DNA from: Chloroflexota bacterium | GTDB lineage: Bacteria > Chloroflexota > UBA11872 > VXOZ01 | Assembly: GCA_964291655.2 (NCBI GenBank) | Contig: OZ219802.1 | Coordinates: 2,176,001-2,240,000, forward strand | Reading direction: 5' to 3' | Length of the DNA stretch: 64,000 nt | In this document: piece by piece, positions 31,362 to 40,025 of the stretch | Numbering within the stretch: the stretch's first letter is position 1 | How the letters are laid out: every line of letters begins with the position of its first letter | The notes under the pieces: model-generated | What the model was told of the DNA's origin: nothing | The model's database searches: none | Seen by the model: the letters and a program-made list of their open reading frames with translations, nothing else | Translations under genes and position numbers: made by a program

Positions 31362-32099
31362 GTGTCATCTGCAGCAATCCAGCAAAGGGAGAGACCAAAA
31401 GTGGCACTGAAGAAAATTCGTGGCTTAGGCCTCAACAAGCAGTACCCCGGCCGCTTAATTGTCGTGGAGGGATGCGACGGCTCCGGCAAGAGCACCCAAC
31501 TCCACCTCTTGCGCGTCTGGCTGCAGTCACAGGGGTACCCGGTCGTCTTTACCGAGTGGAATTCGTCGGCAATCGTTAAGCAGGCGACGCGACGGGCGAA
31601 GCGCAAGGAATTGCTCACGCCCACCACGTTTAGCCTCATCCACGCCTGTGACTTTGCCGATCGCTACGAGAAAGTCATCCTCCCGCCCCTCCACGCCGGG
31701 TGCATCGTGCTGGCCGACCGGTACGTCTACACCGCGTATGCGCGGGACGTGGCGCGCGGCTGCGATCTACAATGGGTGCGCAACACCTACCGCTTTGCCG
31801 TACAGCCGACCATCGCCTTCTATTTCCATGCGCCGTTGGAGGTCTCGATTTCGCGCATCCTCTTCGGCCGTCCGTCGTTGAAATACTATGAAGCCGGCAT
31901 GGACACCGGCCTCTCCCTGGATCCGGTGGAGAGCTTCAAGCTATTCCAGGGCAGAATCAAAGAACAATACGACAAGATGGCGCGCAGTGAGCAATTCGAG
32001 GTCATAGATGCCACGCGTTCCATTCATGAGACCTGGGGAGAGGTGCAAAAAGTGGTGCAAGATAGACTGGCGGACTACGAGCCACCCAAGAAGAACTAA
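31362..32099 (+). CDS. Thymidylate-kinase-fold protein with intact P-loop (candidate polyphosphate kinase catalytic subunit)
   Basis: EGCDGSGKST, TEWNSS, LADRY, YYEAGMD. Confidence 0.8.
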   Translation: MSSAAIQQRERPKVALKKIRGLGLNKQYPGRLIVVEGCDGSGKSTQLHLLRVWLQSQGYPVVFTEWNSSAIVKQATRRAKRKELLTPTTFSLIHACDFADRYEKVILPPLHAGCIVLADRYVYTAYARDVARGCDLQWVRNTYRFAVQPTIAFYFHAPLEVSISRILFGRPSLKYYEAGMDTGLSLDPVESFKLFQGRIKEQYDKMARSEQFEVIDATRSIHETWGEVQKVVQDRLADYEPPKKN

Positions 32100-32137
32100 G
32101 TGACTCGTGTGGAGCAGCCGCTGCTTAGCACATCTCG

Positions 32138-33028
32138 GTGGGTGGCAGGTTTGCGCGTTGCTGCCGCTTGAACCGGAACGGCCCGCAACAACGCCGCAAG
32201 GCCGGACATACGACAAGCAATAATCAAGGGGATGAGGAAATTTCAACCACAATTCCAGCCCGCGCACGCTTTTATGGTTGCGGCTTGCCCTTGCTTGAGG
32301 ATCTCGAACTCGGCGGCCCTCTCATCGTCATCGAGGGTTCAGACTGTTCCGGGCGCTCTACGCAAGCGGAGATGCTCAAAGAGTGGCTCGAGTCTCAGGG
32401 ACACGCCGTAATGGAGATGGGCATTCGACGTTCAGACCTGCTGTCTAAGGCCATTTCCGCGGCAAAGCAGGGCAACCTGCTGGGCAAGACCACGCTGAGC
32501 TTACTCTATGCCACCGACCTTGCCGATCAGTTGGAGAACCGCATCGTGCCCGCAATGCAAGCCGGCTTCGTAGTGCTCGCCGACCGCTATATCTACACGC
32601 TTATGGCGCGGGACCTGGCGCGCGGCGCCGACCTAAAGTGGTTGAAGAGTCTCTTCGGCATCGCGCTCGAACCGGACTTGATCATCTATCTCGATGCGGA
32701 GCCGGAAGTACTCTTCTACCGCACGCTGGCGAAGTATGGCGAGCTCAATTACTGGGAGTCCGGGATGGACTTGCAGATGGGCAGCAGCATGTTCGAGAGC
32801 TTCCTGAAGTACCAAGCGTCGCTGCGCAAGAACTTTCACCGGCTCGCCAAAGAATACGGCTTCAGAATGGTTGATGCCACGCCCGGCCCGAAGAAGATTC
32901 ACCGGGAGGTCAGTGGAATTGTCTCCGAGTACTTGGAGAATATGGTGCAGCAGCCGCCGCGTCTCGCTCAAACTGAGGTGCAAAGCGTAAGCACCGCTAA
33001 CCGGCGAGTTCGCGTAGAAGAAGGCTAA
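32138..33028 (+). CDS. Second thymidylate-kinase-fold protein with degenerate P-loop (candidate partner subunit); start uncertain
   Basis: EGSDCSGRST (Lys replaced by Arg), LADRY, YWESGMD. Confidence 0.8.
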   Translation: MGGRFARCCRLNRNGPQQRRKAGHTTSNNQGDEEISTTIPARARFYGCGLPLLEDLELGGPLIVIEGSDCSGRSTQAEMLKEWLESQGHAVMEMGIRRSDLLSKAISAAKQGNLLGKTTLSLLYATDLADQLENRIVPAMQAGFVVLADRYIYTLMARDLARGADLKWLKSLFGIALEPDLIIYLDAEPEVLFYRTLAKYGELNYWESGMDLQMGSSMFESFLKYQASLRKNFHRLAKEYGFRMVDATPGPKKIHREVSGIVSEYLENMVQQPPRLAQTEVQSVSTANRRVRVEEG

Positions 33029-33401
33029 CCCGCTCCTCGATTTGGTCGCGAATCTTCCGCACCACGGCCGGCGGCTGCCCGCTGGGATTGGGAAGCCCCC
33101 AGTCTTCTACGGGCGTATGCACTACCGGGCACGACTCCTCGATGTCGCAGCCCATTGTGATGATCCGATCTGCCCAGTCCGCTAGTTCCTGCGTCAAAAG
33201 CTTGGGCGCGTGCGCAGCGAGGCTGATGCCGCGCTCTGCCATTACCTCCACGGCAAGAGGATTCACCTGCTCGCCCGGTTCCGTGCCCGCAGAACGCGCC
33301 TCCACGCTGCCGTCAGCAAGGTGACGGAGCAACGCCTCCGCCATTTGACTGCGTCCGGCATTGTGCACACAGACAAACAGCACGCGTGTCACTTCAGGCA
33401 T
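32997..33401 (-). CDS. arsC: Arsenate reductase, LMW-PTP family
   Basis: FVCVHNAGRSQMAE, TMGC...CP, DW..P. Confidence 0.88.
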   Translation of the reverse strand: MPEVTRVLFVCVHNAGRSQMAEALLRHLADGSVEARSAGTEPGEQVNPLAVEVMAERGISLAAHAPKLLTQELADWADRIITMGCDIEESCPVVHTPVEDWGLPNPSGQPPAVVRKIRDQIEERVSLLLRELAG

Positions 33402-33537
33402 CTCCTATCGCGCGGACTAAGCGGGATTCCAGACTGCGACCGTGTGTCAGGTGCGGCGCGTGAGATTTACCGTCTCAAGACGCCCCGTCTCCTGGCGCTG
33501 CTCGATCTCCCTTTCCGCTTCTCCACGGCAGTAGACC

Positions 33538-34203
33538 TTACTGTTTCGAGAGGTTGAGGTCCAGCATCTTGCCGGTTACCAGGTAGATTACCCGCTCGGC
33601 AATGTTCGTTGCGCGGTCTGCCGTGCGCTCCAAGTCATGCGTCACCCAGAGCAGGTACGTGGCGCGCTGAATGCTCTGCGGGTCTTTGATCATGAACAGG
33701 AGCAGTTCGTTGTAGATCTGCTCGTGGAGCGCATCCACCTCATCATCGGCGTCGCACACCCTTCTGGCCAGGTCCACGTCCCGGGTCACGAGCGAGTCGA
33801 TGCTTTGGCGGAGCATGTTGATGGACATCTCCGCCATGCGCGGGATGTCGATGAGGGGTTTGAGCGGCGGCTCATCGCCCATCATGAGGCTAATTTTGCC
33901 GATGCCTTCCGCATAGTCGCCCATGCGCTCCAGCTCCACCGCAATGTGGAGCAGAGCAATGACCCAGCGCAAGTCGCGGGCTGCGGGTTGTTGGGTGGCA
34001 AGCAGATCGACGCAGCGTTCTTCGATGGCAAAGCGCTTCTCGTCGATCACGTCATCGAACGCCACGACGGCTTGCGACGCCCCCAGGTCGCGCTCCCGCA
34101 AGGCTTCGATTGCGTGCGTGATGGCCTTCTCCACCATGCTTGCAAGGGCGAGGATGTCATCCTGAATCTCGTCCAGTTGACTCTCGACATTCGTGCGCAC
34201 CAT
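33538..34203 (-). CDS. phoU: Phosphate signalling protein PhoU
   Basis: QQPAARDLR, ELERMGDYA, DDEVD, LERTADRATNIAE. Confidence 0.95.
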   Translation of the reverse strand: MVRTNVESQLDEIQDDILALASMVEKAITHAIEALRERDLGASQAVVAFDDVIDEKRFAIEERCVDLLATQQPAARDLRWVIALLHIAVELERMGDYAEGIGKISLMMGDEPPLKPLIDIPRMAEMSINMLRQSIDSLVTRDVDLARRVCDADDEVDALHEQIYNELLLFMIKDPQSIQRATYLLWVTHDLERTADRATNIAERVIYLVTGKMLDLNLSKQ

Positions 34204-34483
34204 GGCGGTCCCCCTTTCCACTGTTGCTCGCAAGTCCCTTGAAAACTGGGCTTCGTCTCTCACGCGAGCGGGTCTTTCTCTGCTCTGTTCGGCACATGTG
34301 CAGCCGGTGTTCGCTAAGACAAGAGTACCAAGAACATTGGGTACTCTTGTTGCTACACTTCATCCTCGCCTGTTGTCAGTTGATCGGTGAATCCCTTATC
34401 CTCAGAGCTTCTCAGGTTCATCATACAATCTTGACACGCCTTTTGCACATCCTGCAATGACGCAGGCCGCACGCTGTCGGCGT

Positions 34484-34753
34484 TTACACGTGGCTCGAGA
34501 TGTACTCGATCGGCTCGACGTGGTCACAGGACTCCCGGCCGGCTACCGCATTGCAGAGCGGACAGCGCCAGTAGCAGGTTTCCCGCAGAATCGTCGCGGG
34601 ATGCTCGATGAAGTGGTCCCTGACGCGGTCCTGCGTGAGATTCACTTCTGTTTCGCAATGCGGACACAGCCACGTTCGCTGTTCGTCCCGCAGAATTGTG
34701 CTCAGGCTTTCATCATCAAACCGGGCCGGCTCCGTAAGTGCTCCCTTTGCCAT
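34484..34753 (-). CDS. Small Cys/His-rich putative zinc-binding protein (89 aa)
   Basis: GGAGG RBS; CPHC...H...H and CPLC...CDH; co-oriented between phoR and phoU. Confidence 0.55.
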   Translation of the reverse strand: MAKGALTEPARFDDESLSTILRDEQRTWLCPHCETEVNLTQDRVRDHFIEHPATILRETCYWRCPLCNAVAGRESCDHVEPIEYISSHV

Positions 34754-34845
34754 GGGGCATGCCTCCATTCTCTCTACTGCTCCGTGCGCCACACGCGCAC
34801 GTTTCTTTTCGTTCATTGCTTCACTGTCGAGCATAACGCCGGGGC

Positions 34846-34883
34846 ATGTACAGAGCGTTAGCGCAGAGTGTACAGCGTGTGAA
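34846..34883 (-). promoter_or_regulatory. Putative Pho-box-like direct repeats
   Basis: TTCACACGCTGTACAC and CTAACGCTCTGTACAT at a 22-bp period, upstream of a TATGCT -10-like hexamer. Confidence 0.35.
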
Positions 34884-34930
34884 CGTGGGGGAGTGCGCAG
34901 ATCCTGGCACGGCGCCGCGAAGAATCCTAT

Positions 34931-34958
34931 GTAGGGGCACGACATGTCGTGCCCCTAC
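34931..34958. repeat. GTAG-type REP palindrome
   Basis: Perfect palindrome GTAGGGGCACGACATGTCGTGCCCCTAC. Confidence 0.88.
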
Positions 34959-34979
34959 GCAACCGCATTGACCACGCGT

Positions 34980-36758
34980 TCACATGGCGCTCTGCTCGGT
35001 CACGGCGGGGAGGACCACCGTAAAGGTCGTGCCCTGCCCTTCCACGCTCTCCGCGTGGATTTCGCCGCCGTGGGCTTGCACGATGTGCTTGACGATAGCC
35101 AGCCCCAGACCGAATCCCTTGCTTTGACGCGAACGGTCTACTTTGTAGAAGCGTTCGAAAATGTGGGGCAGGTGCTTCCTGGGAATGCCAACGCCCGTAT
35201 CGGCCACCCGCAGGCAGACTGTGCCATTCTCCTGTTGTGCAGAGAGAGAGATGCGGCCGTCCTCGGGGGTAAACGCAACTGCATTATTCAGCAGATTGTC
35301 CAACACTTGACGCAGCTTCTCTTCGTCGCCGCGGACGCGGGGCAGTTGTTGCGGGAGTGTGACGTCGAGTACAATCTTGCGTTTTTCCGATCGCTCCCGA
35401 TGTTCTTCATCCAGCTCGGCAATCAATGGTTGCAAGTCGAGCGGCACGAGTTGCAGACTCGCCTGTTCGCTTTCGAGACGCGAGAGCTCCATCAGTTCAT
35501 TTACCATGGCGGTCATGCGATCTATCTCACTATTGATGCGGCGCAGGAAGTCTTTTGCGCGCTTCTTTTCCTTGAGAGCGCCGCTCGCCAGGGATTCCGC
35601 CAGAATCTTCACCGCCGCCAGCGGCCCGCGCAACTCATGCGAAACATTGCTCACAAACTCTTTGCGGGTGGTCTCTACTTGGCGAATGCGCGTTAGGTCG
35701 TGCATCGTCAGCAATACACTGGAATTGCCGTGCTCCTCCAAGGGCGTGGTAATGACGCTCAGGTAGCGGCGCCATTGCGGGATTTCCACTTCCCCATGCT
35801 GGACCTCGCGCCGCTCCGTGCAGCGGGCGACGAGCTGCTGCAGGTTGTGGTCGCGGATGATTTCGGTGAAGCGGCGGCCCGGCATGTCGCCAGCCGCAAG
35901 GTTGAGAATCTCTTCCGCGGCGTGGTTTACCAGCACAATTGTGCCGTTGCCGTCGATGACGACGACACCGTCGGCCATCGTGTTGAGCACTGCCGTCAGC
36001 TTGCCTCGTTCCACGGAAAAGTCGCGCACCAGGTCGCGCAGAGACATCGCCATGCGGTTGAATGCCTGGGCAAGCTCCTGGGTCTCGTCGCTCCCCTGGG
36101 CCTGCACGCGATAGTCGAAATCGCCGGCAGTGATTTGGCGGGCACCCTCGGCAAGCGCGCCGATAGAACGAGACGTGCGCGACGCGACGCTGAAGCCCAA
36201 GAGCACCGCAAGGGCTGCACCGGTCAGGCCTATCAGCGCGATGATGCTCATGCTGCGGTTGATATCCGCTTGTGCCTGCGCCATCGGCAAGGCAACCCGC
36301 GCCACGCCGAGGGTCTCATCCCCGGCGATGACGGGGACCGCTACGTGGATGAGTTCCTCACCCGCGGTGCCGTTGCGCCGCCTGCTGACGCCCACTCCGG
36401 CACTTAATGCACGCTCAACCTCCGGTAGATGGGCCTGATTTGCCATCTGTGCCGGGTCTCCCCAACTATCTGCGAGCGTGGCGCCGTCAAGGGCGATAAG
36501 GGTAACGCGAGCGGAAATGCTGTCACCCATGCGCTCGCTTGCCGCCTGGAGCGCGCCGGTGTCCGCTTCGGCGAGAAAGAAGTGAGCGCTGGCTTCGGCA
36601 ACCAAGCGCGCCTCGTGCTGCAAACGCGTCTCGAGATTGGTTAAGTGGGCGCTACGGACGAACGTGACGAGATAGAAGCTGGCTACACCCAGCGTAAGAA
36701 CGATCAACGCAGTGTAGACAAGCGTGATGCGCCATTGCAGAGATCGTGGAAACTTCAT
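34980..36758 (-). CDS. phoR: Sensor histidine kinase (HAMP-PAS-HisKA-HATPase), PhoR type
   Basis: EFVSNVSHELR, NLLNNA, DTGVG, FERFYKVDRSR, GLGLAI; next to phoU. Confidence 0.88.
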   Translation of the reverse strand: MKFPRSLQWRITLVYTALIVLTLGVASFYLVTFVRSAHLTNLETRLQHEARLVAEASAHFFLAEADTGALQAASERMGDSISARVTLIALDGATLADSWGDPAQMANQAHLPEVERALSAGVGVSRRRNGTAGEELIHVAVPVIAGDETLGVARVALPMAQAQADINRSMSIIALIGLTGAALAVLLGFSVASRTSRSIGALAEGARQITAGDFDYRVQAQGSDETQELAQAFNRMAMSLRDLVRDFSVERGKLTAVLNTMADGVVVIDGNGTIVLVNHAAEEILNLAAGDMPGRRFTEIIRDHNLQQLVARCTERREVQHGEVEIPQWRRYLSVITTPLEEHGNSSVLLTMHDLTRIRQVETTRKEFVSNVSHELRGPLAAVKILAESLASGALKEKKRAKDFLRRINSEIDRMTAMVNELMELSRLESEQASLQLVPLDLQPLIAELDEEHRERSEKRKIVLDVTLPQQLPRVRGDEEKLRQVLDNLLNNAVAFTPEDGRISLSAQQENGTVCLRVADTGVGIPRKHLPHIFERFYKVDRSRQSKGFGLGLAIVKHIVQAHGGEIHAESVEGQGTTFTVVLPAVTEQSAM

Positions 36759-37477
36759 CCCTCAAACCGGTAGCCAACGCCACGGACGGTGACGATACGG
36801 GTGGGTTCACTGGGGTCTGTTTCAATTTTTTCCCGCAGTCGCCGCACGTGTACGTCTACAGTGCGATTGTCGCCGACCCAATCGAAGCCCCATATGCGCT
36901 CGAGTATCTGGTCCCGGGTAAAGACCCGGTTGTGGCTGGACATGAGGAGCGCCAGCAGACTGAATTCCTTGGGCTTGAGCGCGAGAATTTGCTCGCCAAG
37001 ACTTGCAGAGTGACTGGAGAGGTTTAGCTGGAGGTCTCCGGCATTAAGCACGGTTGCCGAATCGGCGGCAGGAAGGCCGTCGCCAGTCGACCGCGTGCGA
37101 CGGCGCACCGCGCGAATGCGGGCCAGCAACTCCCGCGTGCTAAAGGGCTTAACGACGTAATCATCCGCTCCCAATTCGAGGCCAACGACGCGATCTACCT
37201 CTTCACCCTTGGCCGTAAGAATGATTATCGGCGCCGTGGTCTCCCGCCGCATGATGCGGCATACCTCTAAGCCGTCAAGCACCGGCAGCATGATGTCGAG
37301 GATGATGAGATCCGGTTCGACTTCCCGCGCCAGGTTCAGCCCTTCCTCGCCATCCATCGCGCTATGCACGACGTAACCGTCCTGCTCCAGGCGGTAACGC
37401 AACGCCTCCTGCAGATTGTCGTCGTCTTCTATGATGAGCACTTTTTCGCGTGGCAATTGTCTCTCCTCGGCCGTCAC
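36755..37477 (-). CDS. phoB: OmpR/PhoB-family response regulator
   Basis: LDIMLP, GADDYVVKPF, RTVDVHVRRLR, TVRGVGY; overlaps phoR start. Confidence 0.85.
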   Translation of the reverse strand: MTAEERQLPREKVLIIEDDDNLQEALRYRLEQDGYVVHSAMDGEEGLNLAREVEPDLIILDIMLPVLDGLEVCRIMRRETTAPIIILTAKGEEVDRVVGLELGADDYVVKPFSTRELLARIRAVRRRTRSTGDGLPAADSATVLNAGDLQLNLSSHSASLGEQILALKPKEFSLLALLMSSHNRVFTRDQILERIWGFDWVGDNRTVDVHVRRLREKIETDPSEPTRIVTVRGVGYRFEG

Positions 37478-38903
37478 GCTTCCTCGATGCGCAGCACTCT
37501 GTTGCCGTTCTCGTGGGTACTCGCGCCCGCTTCGCCTCTATTATGTCACACGTTAGATTGGCCGGGCAGGCGTGCCGCCATGTGAGAGTTTCTTCGACAT
37601 CTGGGAATGGCAGCCGACGACCAACACGACCTATCTCCTCGCACACTCGCCTCTCTGAGAAGCCTGTACTCGATCTTGGCAAGCGGTAGCCGCTGCATAT
37701 CACGCGGCCAAAGCTTGTTTGTCGCCCGCCGCCGCGCGACCTTCTCTACCCGAGGCTCTCGTATCGAGGCACGGGGCAGGCTGAGCGAAATTCTGCCCTG
37801 AATCTGGGAATGGTCTGCACCGGCGCCAATGCTCCCCTCATCCCGACCCTCTCCCCAGGGTGAAGGAGTTTGCATTGCGACAGGTTTGGGAATTTCATTG
37901 CTTTGGAAGTCCGCGCATGCCCTATGCCTCAATGCGTGGGTATCCGAAGGGGGTGCGTCATAGGGTGATTGTTGAAACCACCCTATGACGAAGGGCAAGG
38001 CCTACGCAATGGTGGGCCTCAGGTGGCATCTCCAATACTACGTCTGCCACGTTAGGAGCACGTTACCCAACTATGAATAGAAGGTTTAAACCTGGGAAGA
38101 TCCCGGCGCCCACCGCGTGTAGCTGGAGGATGAGCGTCAGGGCTGGCCTGTCGGTAGTCACTGTGGCGGAAGCCGGAGTTCAGAGACGCAGAGAAGTTGG
38201 ATTCCGGCCCCATACGTGATACGGGTCCGACTCTGCGCCTGAACGACAGAACCGGGCGATCTCTACGACTTCCTACTGTCGCCGACTCGCGCGGTGCCAA
38301 GTGGAGGCTATCGCCTAAGAGTATTAGCGTGGCCTTTACATCCAGCGCGGCGACCGAAGAGCTATGCCACAAGATGCGCGCCGCCTACGAGAAGTGGAAG
38401 AACCATCACGGGACATGTGCGCCATCGCATTCGGCGACGGCCTCACCCGGAAGCCATGGCTCTGATCACAATCTCGCATAGGGCTTGCCCCGTAGGCAAG
38501 ACGGAGCTGGAGTCTCGTGTGCGGTAGAGGTGGATTCCTGCTGGAGCCGGAAGGATTGATTTGACCGTCTCTTGCTTTCCCGGGCAGTTCGTGGATCGAC
38601 GAATCTGTCAATGAATTTGTCAACACGTACAATTCCAAGCGCGGCGAGATTTCTAGAATGCCTGTTCGACTTGTACTGTCACCGCGCGTCTCAGAGCGGA
38701 TAGGTCGAGGAACCGCTTTAGGCGTGAGTGTGTGCGGTGCTTTGCCTATCAGCACGATCATACTGGCACATGATAGTCTTAAGATACTAGTTCTTATGTA
38801 ATTGCCTCTTGACTGTAAGCTGAAGTCTATCTACATTAAGTAGTATCCATGGTCATACCTGTACCTTGTAGTTTAAAACTACTAGTTATTAGGTAGACAT
38901 GGA

Positions 38904-38932
38904 TTGACAGTACTCTGGAGACAGTTTACAAT
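38904..38932 (+). promoter_or_regulatory. Sigma70-type promoter
   Basis: TTGACA-17 bp-TACAAT directly upstream of the methyltransferase. Confidence 0.75.
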
Positions 38933-38950
38933 TGGCAATACCGATGAAGG

Positions 38951-39784
38951 ATGTGGATAGTTGTGAGTGAACCGCTACCTACAACGCCTGACTATACGAT
39001 GGGCTTTAGTGAAGAGATGCTCGAGTCTCTTCGGCGCTACAACGTGGAAGCCAGCGCCAAGCACCTACGCCCCTATCTCCGGCCCGGTCTGCGTGTGCTC
39101 GACTTCGGTTGCGGGCCGGGTACCATATCGGTGGGTCTGGCCAAGGCCGTCGACCCCGGTGAACTGCATGGCGTCGATATGGAAGAGTCGCAGGTCGAAC
39201 TGGCGCGCTCTGTCGTCGCGGCCTATGGACAGGATAATGCCGAATTCCATGTTGGCGACGTGGCCAATATGCACTTCGAGGACGGCTACTTTGACGTGGC
39301 CCACTGCCATAACGTGCTCATGCACATCCCGGATACGCAAGCAGTGCTGGGCGAGGTGAACCGTGTCTTGAAGTCCGGCGGTATCATTTCCTGCCGTGAG
39401 ATGATATGCGAGTCAAGTTTCACGCATCCCGATTTTGGCGTAATCAGAAACGCGTGGGAAATGTTTGCGGATCTGATCGAGGCTGACGACGGCCATCCAC
39501 AGATTGGGAAGGCTCTGAAGGACCACGTCCTGAAGGCCGGGTTTGCGAACCCCTACATAACCGCTACCACCGATGTCTACGGCACGCCCAGGGATGTCGC
39601 GTTCATCCACGCCTTTGCCAACCAGTGGTTCTTGTCGCCAGAAATCACGGAAGCGGCCATCAAGTACGGGGCGGCCACGCAAGAACTTTGCGATGAGATA
39701 CGCGTCGCCTATGACAAGTGGAAGGATGCGCCCGGGGCGATTTGCGGCGTCGCATTTGGCGAGGTCGTAGCTAGTAAGCCGTAA
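38951..39784 (+). CDS. Class I SAM-dependent methyltransferase
   Basis: VLDFGCGPG, FDVAHCHNVL, LKSGG. Confidence 0.92.
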   Translation: MWIVVSEPLPTTPDYTMGFSEEMLESLRRYNVEASAKHLRPYLRPGLRVLDFGCGPGTISVGLAKAVDPGELHGVDMEESQVELARSVVAAYGQDNAEFHVGDVANMHFEDGYFDVAHCHNVLMHIPDTQAVLGEVNRVLKSGGIISCREMICESSFTHPDFGVIRNAWEMFADLIEADDGHPQIGKALKDHVLKAGFANPYITATTDVYGTPRDVAFIHAFANQWFLSPEITEAAIKYGAATQELCDEIRVAYDKWKDAPGAICGVAFGEVVASKP

Positions 39785-39818
39785 TCCTACACCAGCTACC
39801 GGCCCATCCCTCCCCAAG

Positions 39819-40025
39819 GAGACCTTTGCACAACCCACGCCGGCGCGGAAAAGTCCCCTCTCCCGGCGGGAGAGGGTTAGAGCCTGCCCCGTACTCGATA
39901 CGGGGGTGAGGGGGAGATTCCCGCATTCTGGGAGCTTTTTCCCGCTATTGCACTCCTGTATATCGGTCTTGCTGGTAAAGAGGATGGGGTAAGCAGAAAT
40001 CCCCTCACCCCGGCCCTCTCCCCGA
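39819..40025. mobile_element. GAGACC-ended REP-doublet MITE, left part, interrupted by IS1182
   Basis: GAGACCTTTGCACAAC end; homologous to the reverse complement of 18705-18886; second IR not found. Confidence 0.6.

Noticed and set aside
31362-33028. Calling these genes tmk
   Set aside because: They lack the TREPG motif, one P-loop is degenerate, and the context is polyphosphate metabolism.
37478-38900. Short ORFs between phoB and the methyltransferase
   Set aside because: No motifs or convincing RBS; probably decayed sequence plus REP remnants.
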